Below, in pieces: positions 43,605-52,944 of a stretch of DNA of 64,000 nucleotides. The stretch comes from Bacilli bacterium (lineage in GTDB: Bacteria > Bacillota_I > Bacilli_A > RF39 > UBA660): assembly GCA_017617435.1 (NCBI GenBank), contig JAFZWF010000010.1, forward strand, positions 11,952 through 75,951. Reading direction: 5' to 3'. The notes under the pieces are model-generated. The model ran no database searches and was not told where the DNA came from. It saw only the letters and a program-made list of their open reading frames with translations. The translations under genes and the position numbers were made by a program. Every line of letters starts with the position of its first letter. Positions within the stretch are counted from its first letter, which is position 1.

Positions 43605-44577
43605 AATTGAGTACTAATTTGTTATATGATACGTATCCATCTATTAATTTATTTTTTATTAAGATTTTTTCAAGATTTTCAAAACTTTTTTTGGTAACAT
43701 ATGAATTTGTTAGCCATGAATCTGCTTCTTTATAATTTTTAATCATATTAGTTAAATCTTTAATAGAGTTATCTGGAAATTGTTTGTGAATTACTTCAGC
43801 AATTTCATCTGGTGTATGTGATTCAACGTATAAAAGACCTTCATCTATAGATTTTACAAATTGTGTAATTATTTTTTTATTTTTTTCTATATAGCTACTT
43901 TTTGCATAGAAGGTTGTATATGGCATTTCTCCTGAATATTTACCAATAGATCCAACAATAAAACCTTGGTTATTTTTTTCAAGCATTGTTGCGTTTGGTT
44001 CAAATAAATTTACGTAGTCACCTGTGCCTCCTATAAATGCACCAGATAATGATGCAAAGTCAATCTGATAGTTTATATTTATATTTTTTTCTTTGATTTC
44101 TTGATTATTTATTGCATTTAAAAAGTTTAAAGCAGGCATTCCACCATTTCTTCCAACAAGAATTTCTTTTCCTTCTAGTTTGTTTAAATTAAAATTCTTA
44201 TCTTTTTTTCTACTTACTATGAACTGACCGTCTCTTTTTGTAAGTCCACTGAAAATTTTTAAATAGTCTTTTTCTCCACCTTTATAAACATAAATAGCTG
44301 ATTCAGCACCTGCAAAACCAATGTTTACATCTCCACTTAATACAGCTGCTGAAACTTTATCAGCGCCACTTGTTAGTATCAATTCTATGTTTATACCATT
44401 TTTTTCAAAGTACCCATTTTCTATAGCTACATACATAGGAGCATAGAATATGCTATGGGCAACTTCTGCAACTTTAATTGTTTTGAGATTTTTATTTTTG
44501 TTATTATCTTTTTTATTTATAAAAATAAATATAAATATTATGAAAAAGATTATAATTAAATAAATTATTTTTTTCAT
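43588..44577 (-). CDS. ABC transporter substrate-binding protein, NMT1/THI5-like (SsuA/ThiY-type)
   Basis: 329-aa ORF with AAGAGGAAAA RBS and an N-terminal anchor. IKVAEVAHSIFYAPMYVAIENGYFEKNGINIELI is typical of NMT1/THI5-like binding proteins. Confidence 0.8.
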   Translation of the reverse strand: MKKIIYLIIIFFIIFIFIFINKKDNNKNKNLKTIKVAEVAHSIFYAPMYVAIENGYFEKNGINIELILTSGADKVSAAVLSGDVNIGFAGAESAIYVYKGGEKDYLKIFSGLTKRDGQFIVSRKKDKNFNLNKLEGKEILVGRNGGMPALNFLNAINNQEIKEKNININYQIDFASLSGAFIGGTGDYVNLFEPNATMLEKNNQGFIVGSIGKYSGEMPYTTFYAKSSYIEKNKKIITQFVKSIDEGLLYVESHTPDEIAEVIHKQFPDNSIKDLTNMIKNYKEADSWLTNSYVTKKSFENLEKILIKNKLIDGYVSYNKLVLNFENEQ

Positions 44578-44687
44578 ATTTTCCTCTTTTCTTCTTTATT
44601 ATATGAATTAAAAAAATATTGATATACACATATATCATGGCGAAAGTCAATATTAAAAAAATAATCTTTAAAAAACTGTACTTTTAG

Positions 44688-44716
44688 TTTACAAGAGATT
44701 AATAATTTGCTAAAAT
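44688..44716 (+). promoter_or_regulatory. Sigma-70-type promoter with extended -10 (TTTACA-N17-TAAAAT, TGC upstream)
   Basis: TTTACA 44688-44693 and TGCTAAAAT 44708-44716, with 27 nt between the 3' end and the ATG at 44744. Confidence 0.5.
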
Positions 44717-44743
44717 ACTTTTAGAATAAGAAGGTGTTTAAAG

Positions 44744-46144
44744 ATGAAGGTATTATCAACTGAAACTACAGAATTATTAGACAAATTATATAATTTACGC
44801 GGTGAAGATAGTTATATTCTTGTAGAAATGGAAAAAGAAAGACAAGTAGCTGAAGAGACTAAAGAAAAAACTGCTAAAGAGAAGAAAGAACTTCAAGAAA
44901 AAATTGAATCTTTATCTAATGAAGAGTCTGTTTTAGCTGAACAAGGTGCTCACTTAAGAGATGTATTAAGTGGTATTAATCCTGAAGATTTTAAAATCGT
45001 TCTTGAAAGATTAAATATTGATTTTGATCCTGAAGCAATTAAGGATAAAGTTGATGAACTACTTCCTGGAACTATTGAAGAAGTTGTTAATGCTACTAAA
45101 CAAGCTGAAAATGAACTTGTAACTGTTGAAGAAGAAATGAATGGCGCAATTACTAAGATTGATGAACTTGCTGTTCGTAAAGAAACAGAACTTAATAATC
45201 AAGAAAAATTAAATGAGTATTTTGAACTTGCACTAAGTGGTAATATCAACATAACAAGAGAAGCTATAACATCTTTAATAAGTCAATTTAATTTTTCTGA
45301 AGAAGAACAAAGAGAAGCTGCTAAATTAATGATGTTCCCAGAGGATGCACTTTATGAATATGATAAACAATATCAAGATGCAACTAATCATGGTAAATCT
45401 ATTTCAGATGTATTAATTGAAGCAAAAGAATCTGTTACTAAACCTATTGGTGAAATATTCTCTGATATCGAAAAAAGTGATAATGTAGAAGCACCACTAG
45501 AAGAAAAATCTAAAGAGGTTTTAATTACAGACGGTGAAGATGAATATAAACTTGATAATGAAAAGATTGACGAAATTAATAATGATATTGATGATATTTT
45601 AAGAAAAATTAATCAAGAAGAAGTTAGTGAAGAAAATAAGGAAGACTTCAAATTTGATGTACCACTTAATAATGTTGAAATAAATACATTAAATATTGGC
45701 AATGATACTGATAATAAATCTGAAGAAGTAGTAGAAGAAAAAGAAGAAGATAAAGAACCTTTACAAGAAGAAAATCCTATTAGTAATGAAGAAACAATGA
45801 TGGATTTATTTAAAAGATTAGGTTTAAGTGAAATAATGTTTGTTGAAAGTGAACTTGCAGATTTAATAGCTCTTGATGATAAAGATCTAGTTGAGAAGAA
45901 TGTAGGCATTTTAAATAAATACGGTATTAATTTAGATGTTGTAAGTGATAATGTTAATATTCTATCTGATAAAGAACTAGATGAAAAGATATCAAAGATA
46001 TTAGAAACTGGTAAAACAGTTGATGATATATATTTTAATCCTTCAGTACTTAAAAAATATGACTTAGAAGGATTAACAAATGCCATTAATTTATTAAATG
46101 AAAATGGTTTAGATCCTAAAAAAGTACCATTAATGGCATTCTAG
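44744..46144 (+). CDS. Acidic coiled-coil protein with C-terminal mTERF-like helical repeats (tentative)
   Basis: 466-aa ORF with GAAGGTG RBS. N-terminal heptad-like region, then a very acidic centre. The C-terminal ~110 aa have a repeating L..(L/Y)G(L/I) spacing of about 30-35 aa (FKRLGLSE, ILNKYGINLD, ILETGKTVDD, LLNENGLDPKKVP) and NPSVL. Confidence 0.65.
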   Translation: MKVLSTETTELLDKLYNLRGEDSYILVEMEKERQVAEETKEKTAKEKKELQEKIESLSNEESVLAEQGAHLRDVLSGINPEDFKIVLERLNIDFDPEAIKDKVDELLPGTIEEVVNATKQAENELVTVEEEMNGAITKIDELAVRKETELNNQEKLNEYFELALSGNINITREAITSLISQFNFSEEEQREAAKLMMFPEDALYEYDKQYQDATNHGKSISDVLIEAKESVTKPIGEIFSDIEKSDNVEAPLEEKSKEVLITDGEDEYKLDNEKIDEINNDIDDILRKINQEEVSEENKEDFKFDVPLNNVEINTLNIGNDTDNKSEEVVEEKEEDKEPLQEENPISNEETMMDLFKRLGLSEIMFVESELADLIALDDKDLVEKNVGILNKYGINLDVVSDNVNILSDKELDEKISKILETGKTVDDIYFNPSVLKKYDLEGLTNAINLLNENGLDPKKVPLMAF

Positions 46145-46156
46145 GAGGTAGTCTTT

Positions 46157-46897
46157 ATGGCACAAAAAACTATACATGATGCGTTACGTAGTAAATGTAA
46201 CATTAGTGCTAGTTATGATGAGAGAATCGATTTAGGTATTGAAAAACTATACTATACTGCTGGTTTAAGTCCTAAAAATATAGAAGATTCTGCTGATATA
46301 ATAAATGTTATTTGTGCTGATTCAATGTTTAAAAATGATGGCGACTTATGTGTTTTTTCCATGAGTGTTCCTGAACTAAGTGAACTTGAAGAAAAGATAA
46401 AAGAATTTGATAGTGTTGTTGCATTTCCAAATTTAAGAAGTGTAATAATACCAAACGTATTAGAAAAAGCTAAATATTGTGAGCAAAATGGATATCCCTA
46501 TTTAGATGCTAATAACTGTTTTATTCCTGAATTATTTAACGCTAATATAAATCCAGAAAATTATTTATATAGTTATTATGTTAGTAATGATTTATATACA
46601 TTAAATGAAGATAAGAATGCATCTTATTTTAGAAATTGTTCTATGGATTTATACAACGGATTTGTTAGTTTTTTACAAAAACTTTCATATTCCTGCTTTG
46701 GTAAGGTATTAAAACTTAGTGATGAATTTAATAAATTTGTTGTTTATAAATTATCTGAAGAAGGTAATATGGTTGACTATGATACATTACTAAGTGAATC
46801 ACTTGAACTTATAAAAATAAATAATGATTTTTTTGATAATAGTATTTATGAGTACGTATATAACGATCCAGAAGCTGATAGAGGAGTTAGAAGATAA
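46157..46897 (+). CDS. Hypothetical protein, possibly with an mTERF-like repeat
   Basis: 246-aa ORF with AGGAGG RBS. Contains IEKLYYTAGLSPKNIEDSADIINVI. Ends ...EADRGVRR. Confidence 0.6.
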   Translation: MAQKTIHDALRSKCNISASYDERIDLGIEKLYYTAGLSPKNIEDSADIINVICADSMFKNDGDLCVFSMSVPELSELEEKIKEFDSVVAFPNLRSVIIPNVLEKAKYCEQNGYPYLDANNCFIPELFNANINPENYLYSYYVSNDLYTLNEDKNASYFRNCSMDLYNGFVSFLQKLSYSCFGKVLKLSDEFNKFVVYKLSEEGNMVDYDTLLSESLELIKINNDFFDNSIYEYVYNDPEADRGVRR

Positions 46898-47184
46898 TGG
46901 ATTATTTAGAAAAAATTGGGTTTACAAGTGATGATATAAGTGTTATTAAAAGATCGACTACTAAAGTAATATTTAATTTGCTTTCTGAACAAAAAAAAGT
47001 AGTTAATGCAAATATTACTTATTTGAAAAAATTAGGTATATCTAACTATCGAGAAATATTTATAAAATATCCTGATTTATTTTTAATGGATAATAGTAAT
47101 TTTAAGGAAATATTTGATAAATATGATACCGAAGATTTAATAATAAAACTAAAAAATAATATTGATATTTTTGTATATTTATAA
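46897..47184 (+). CDS. Small protein composed of mTERF-like repeats (tentative)
   Basis: 95-aa ORF with a TAATG overlap to the preceding gene. YLEKIGFTSDDISVIKRSTTKVIFNLLSE and YLKKLGISNYREIFIKYPDLFLMDNSNFKEIF follow the L..LG(F/I)S...I..I...P.L(L/F) pattern. Confidence 0.6.
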   Translation: MDYLEKIGFTSDDISVIKRSTTKVIFNLLSEQKKVVNANITYLKKLGISNYREIFIKYPDLFLMDNSNFKEIFDKYDTEDLIIKLKNNIDIFVYL

Positions 47185-47207
47185 GCAGTCAAATAACTGC
47201 TTTTTTA
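47183..47207 (+). terminator. Rho-independent terminator
   Basis: AAGCAGT-CAAATA-ACTGCTT followed by TTTTT. Confidence 0.6.
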
Positions 47208-47227
47208 TTTTTAAATATATCTTGATA

Positions 47228-47236
47228 TGCTATAAT
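47228..47236 (+). promoter_or_regulatory. Extended -10 element TGCTATAAT for pcrA
   Basis: TGnTATAAT with 27 nt between its 3' end and the TTG start at 47264. Confidence 0.45.
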
Positions 47237-47263
47237 CAAATATATAGATAAGGGTGGTCAAAG

Positions 47264-49354
47264 TTGAACAACATAAATATATTAAACGAAGAACAACAAA
47301 AGGCGGTTCAACATTTTGAAGGACCGTGTCTTGTTGTAGCTGGTGCTGGAAGTGGAAAAACTAAAGTATTAATTACAAGAATAATTGAGTTAATAAAAAA
47401 AGGAATTAGTCCACAAAATATTCTTGCAATAACATTTACTAATAAAGCTGCTGGAGAGATGAGATCAAGACTTATTAACTCTGGTGTTTTTGGTGTGGAT
47501 AAAGTTTTCGTTGGAACTTTCCATTCATTTGGCTTAAAAGTTATTAGAGAAAATTTGGAACTTTGTGGACTTGATAGAAATTTCACAATTCTAGATTCAG
47601 ATGATGTCTTAAGCGTTATAAAAAAGATAATGAAGAAAAATGGAATAGATCCTAAGTTTATAAATCCATCATATGTAAAAAATAGAATTAGTTACATAAA
47701 AAATGAATTATTATCGGATAAAGAAATATCACTTTATTTTTCTTCGAGTAATGAAGAAAATATAGTTGAAATTTATCGTGAATATCAAGATATACTTAAA
47801 ATAAATAACTCAGTAGATTTTGACGATTTACTACTTTTACCAACAAACTTATTTAAAGAAAATGATGAAGTTTTAGATATATATCAAGAACATTTTAAAT
47901 ATATTTTGATTGATGAGTATCAGGATACTAATGAAGTTCAATATCAATTATCTAAACTTCTTTCTGCAAAATATAGAAATATTTTTGCAGTAGGTGATCC
48001 TGATCAATCGATTTATATGTTTAGAGGTGCTAATTATAAAAATATATTAAATTTTGAACATGATTATCCAGATGCAAAAATAATTCCTTTAACTATAAAT
48101 TATCGTAGTACTCAAAATATTTTAAATGCAGCAAATAATGTTATATCACATAACCTTGAAAGAAAGGAAAAGAATCTTCTTTCAAGCCTTGGAATTGGAG
48201 ATAAAATTAATTTAACTGTTAGTTATGATGAGAAACATGAAATTACTTTAGTTACTGATGAAATTAAAAGGCTTGTTAATTTAGGTTATGACTATAAAGA
48301 TATTGCAATATTTTATAGAACTAATGCTCAGTCGAGAGTTGTTGAAGAAGAAGTATTAAAAGCGAACTTTCCTTATAAAGTTGTTGGAAGTTATTATTTT
48401 TATTCAAGAAAAGAAATTAAGAACTTAATTTGTTACTTAAGATTAATTGTTAATCCTCATGATGATGTATCCTTATTAAGAGTTATAAACGTTCCAAAAA
48501 GAGGAATTGGTGATAAGTATATTGAAAATCTAGAAAAAATATCTAGAGAAAAAAACATATCACTTTTTGATGCCATTTCAGATAATAAAGGAATGCCTTT
48601 TAAAGAACTAATTATAAAACTTCAAAATGATGCTATAAATTTATCCATTACTGAATTAATAGATAAAATTTTAAATGACTCTAAAATGTTAGAAGAACTT
48701 GAAAGTGATCTTACTTTAGAAAATGAACTTAGAATAGATAATTTAAACGAGTTTAAAAGTATATCTGCTTCTTACGAAGCAAAAACTGGAAGTACTGATA
48801 TAAGTGATTTCTTAGAAGAAATTAGTTTAGTTGCGGATATACAAGAACATAAAGCAGATGATAACGCAATAACTTTAATGACTTTACATAGTGCTAAAGG
48901 TCTAGAGTTTAAAGTTGTGTTTATAGTAGGTATGGAAGATGGTATTTTTCCACATCAAAATTCTTTTTGTGAACAAGGTGGTTTAGAAGAAGAAAGAAGA
49001 CTTTGTTATGTTGGAATAACAAGAGCTAAAGAAAGACTATATTTAAGTTATGCAAAAAAGAGAATGCTATATGGAAAAGAAAACTTAACTGTTCCAAGTA
49101 GATTTTTAAAAGAAATACCAGAAGACTTACTAAATATTTCTAAAACTGGAGTTAAAATTGAGGAAAAAATTGATAAATCAAAAATCTATTACGAAGAAGA
49201 TCAAAATTATAAACCTGGTGAAGTTGTAATGCATACCATTTATGGTAGGGGAGTTATAATTGATGTTGATGACAAGTTTGTATCTATAGCATTTAATAAA
49301 AGATATGGTATTAGGAAGTTAATGAAGAATCACTCAAGTATTAGAAAGGTGTAG
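47264..49354 (+). CDS. pcrA: ATP-dependent DNA helicase PcrA (UvrD/Rep superfamily 1)
   Basis: TTG start after AAGGGTGG. Walker A AGAGSGKTKVL, motif II IDEYQDTN, YRSTQNIL, TLHSAKGLEF, RRLCYVGITRAK. Located upstream of ligA, the usual Firmicutes arrangement. Confidence 0.93.
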   Translation: MNNINILNEEQQKAVQHFEGPCLVVAGAGSGKTKVLITRIIELIKKGISPQNILAITFTNKAAGEMRSRLINSGVFGVDKVFVGTFHSFGLKVIRENLELCGLDRNFTILDSDDVLSVIKKIMKKNGIDPKFINPSYVKNRISYIKNELLSDKEISLYFSSSNEENIVEIYREYQDILKINNSVDFDDLLLLPTNLFKENDEVLDIYQEHFKYILIDEYQDTNEVQYQLSKLLSAKYRNIFAVGDPDQSIYMFRGANYKNILNFEHDYPDAKIIPLTINYRSTQNILNAANNVISHNLERKEKNLLSSLGIGDKINLTVSYDEKHEITLVTDEIKRLVNLGYDYKDIAIFYRTNAQSRVVEEEVLKANFPYKVVGSYYFYSRKEIKNLICYLRLIVNPHDDVSLLRVINVPKRGIGDKYIENLEKISREKNISLFDAISDNKGMPFKELIIKLQNDAINLSITELIDKILNDSKMLEELESDLTLENELRIDNLNEFKSISASYEAKTGSTDISDFLEEISLVADIQEHKADDNAITLMTLHSAKGLEFKVVFIVGMEDGIFPHQNSFCEQGGLEEERRLCYVGITRAKERLYLSYAKKRMLYGKENLTVPSRFLKEIPEDLLNISKTGVKIEEKIDKSKIYYEEDQNYKPGEVVMHTIYGRGVIIDVDDKFVSIAFNKRYGIRKLMKNHSSIRKV

Positions 49355-49355
49355 T

Positions 49356-50249
49356 ATGAAAGATAAAACTTTAGTTATTTTAGCTGCTGGAATGGGCTCA
49401 AGATTTGGAGGACCAAAGCAGTTATTTCCGGTTGGACCTAATGGAGAATTTATAATGGATTATTCCATATATTCTGCTATTAAATATGGTTTTACAAAAG
49501 TTGTATTTGTAATAAGAGAAGAGTTTAAAGAAGAATTTAAAAATACAATTGGAAAGAGAATTGATGGAAAAATAAAAGTTGATTATGTAGTTCAAAGTTT
49601 AGATGATTTACCAAAAGATGTTGTTAAACCTGAAGGAAGAGAAAAACCTTGGGGAACGGCACATGCTCTATATTGCACAAAAAATTATATAGAAGGAAAC
49701 CTTGCAGTAATAACAGCAGATGATTTTTATGGTGATGAAGGAATAAGAGATTTAGCTTATTCTATAGATGATGATACTTACTCAGTTATTGGTTATAAAA
49801 TAGCGGATACTATGTCAGAAAATGGTTCTGTAAAAAGAGGAGTTAGTATTGTTGAAGATGGTTTAGTAAAAGATATTATTGAATCTGTGTGCACTATTGA
49901 AGGCGATAAGGTAAAGTGCGAACCTATAGATAAATCTAAACAAACTTTTTATAAGGAGAAAGATGATTCTGTTTCTATGTTAATGTATGGCTTTAATCCT
50001 TCAATTTTTGATGCTGTCGAAAAGAAAATTGATGATGTATTTCATAATAAAAATATAGACTTAATGAACTATGAAGTATTTTTACCTGATGTAATTGCTG
50101 ATGAAATAAAAAATGGCAAGATTGTTAAAGATATTAAAACATCATCTAAATGGTACGGCATTACTTATAAAGAAGATGCAGATGGATTAATTAGTTACAT
50201 AAATAGTCTTATAAATAGTGGTGTGTATCCTAAAGATTTATGGAATTAA
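49356..50249 (+). CDS. Sugar-phosphate nucleotidyltransferase family protein
   Basis: Starts 1 nt after the pcrA stop. N-terminal LAAGMGSRFGGPKQ (the GxGxR nucleotide-binding loop), EKPWGTAHA and ITADDFYG. Confidence 0.75.
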   Translation: MKDKTLVILAAGMGSRFGGPKQLFPVGPNGEFIMDYSIYSAIKYGFTKVVFVIREEFKEEFKNTIGKRIDGKIKVDYVVQSLDDLPKDVVKPEGREKPWGTAHALYCTKNYIEGNLAVITADDFYGDEGIRDLAYSIDDDTYSVIGYKIADTMSENGSVKRGVSIVEDGLVKDIIESVCTIEGDKVKCEPIDKSKQTFYKEKDDSVSMLMYGFNPSIFDAVEKKIDDVFHNKNIDLMNYEVFLPDVIADEIKNGKIVKDIKTSSKWYGITYKEDADGLISYINSLINSGVYPKDLWN

Positions 50250-50285
50250 GAAATTAATATTTAGTTATATTAATTTCTTTTTTTA
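50248..50285 (+). terminator. Hairpin/T-run after the nucleotidyltransferase gene
   Basis: AAGAAATTAATAT-TTAGTT-ATATTAATTTCTT followed by T8. AT-only stem, so possibly only a partial terminator. Confidence 0.5.
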
Positions 50286-50316
50286 TGTATAAATAGTGTA
50301 ACTATATATCTATAAA

Positions 50317-50325
50317 TGTTATAAT
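50317..50325 (+). promoter_or_regulatory. Extended -10 element TGTTATAAT for ligA
   Basis: TGnTATAAT with 17 nt between its 3' end and the ATG at 50343. Confidence 0.45.
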
Positions 50326-50333
50326 ATATTTAG

Positions 50334-52343
<2,010 letters not shown>

Positions 52344-52354
52344 TGTGTAAGTTT

Positions 52355-52386
52355 AGAGCATTTTAAGTAAATTAAAATGCTCTTTT
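52355..52386 (+). terminator. Rho-independent terminator after ligA
   Basis: AGAGCATTTTAA-GTAAA-TTAAAATGCTCT followed by TTTT. Confidence 0.65.
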
Positions 52387-52412
52387 AAATCTTATAAAAT
52401 ACTTATTGAAGA

Positions 52413-52441
52413 TTGATAAAAGTGGTATTTTGTAGTATAAT
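52413..52441 (+). promoter_or_regulatory. Sigma-70-type promoter TTGATA-N17-TATAAT
   Basis: TTGATA 52413-52418 and TATAAT 52436-52441, with 29 nt between the 3' end and the ATG at 52471. Confidence 0.55.
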
Positions 52442-52470
52442 TAATGTACTCGTAAAAATGAGGTGTTTTA

Positions 52471-52923
52471 ATGAAAAAATTATGGAAAAATAATAAAGTT
52501 TTTATGATATTAGGAATAATACTTTTACTTTGTATTACTGCTATTATTGTAGTTGTTTTAAAGTATTTTGTAGGTTCTAGAAAATCCGTTTATGGTAATA
52601 GATTTGATAATATGAAATATGTTATTACAGAAAAAGAACAAAATGATTATATAAAAGCTTTAGAAGATAATCCTAACGTTGTAAAGGTTAGGTTTAGAGT
52701 TTCTCATAAAACACTATATATTTCTGCGACATTTAAGGATGATGTAAATCTTGATGATGCTAAAAAGATAGTAGATGAATCACTTGCTTTATTTAAAGAT
52801 GAAGTAAAAGAAGTATATGATATTAACTTTACTATTACTAATTCATCATTTACATTAATGGGAGCAAAGAATGCTCCAGGTAATGGTTTACTATGGAACA
52901 ATAACACACCGGTTACAGAATAA
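52471..52923 (+). CDS. Hypothetical membrane-anchored protein
   Basis: 150-aa ORF with GAGGTG RBS and an N-terminal TM helix VFMILGIILLLCITAIIVVVL. Confidence 0.6.
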   Translation: MKKLWKNNKVFMILGIILLLCITAIIVVVLKYFVGSRKSVYGNRFDNMKYVITEKEQNDYIKALEDNPNVVKVRFRVSHKTLYISATFKDDVNLDDAKKIVDESLALFKDEVKEVYDINFTITNSSFTLMGAKNAPGNGLLWNNNTPVTE

Positions 52924-52944
52924 TAACTAGGAGTATAGATAATA

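Noticed and set aside
44578-44743. TPP (or other) riboswitch upstream of the NMT1/THI5-like ABC operon.
   Set aside because: The minus-strand leader between the likely promoter (TTGACT...) and the ATG at 44577 is only about 45 nt. It lacks the CTGAGA / ACCTGATCTGGATAATGCCAGCG-type TPP core.
45613-46086. 157-aa minus-strand ORF.
   Set aside because: It is antisense to the GAA/GAT-rich acidic gene. The Ser/Leu/Phe-rich translation is the mirror image of a poly-acidic coding region.
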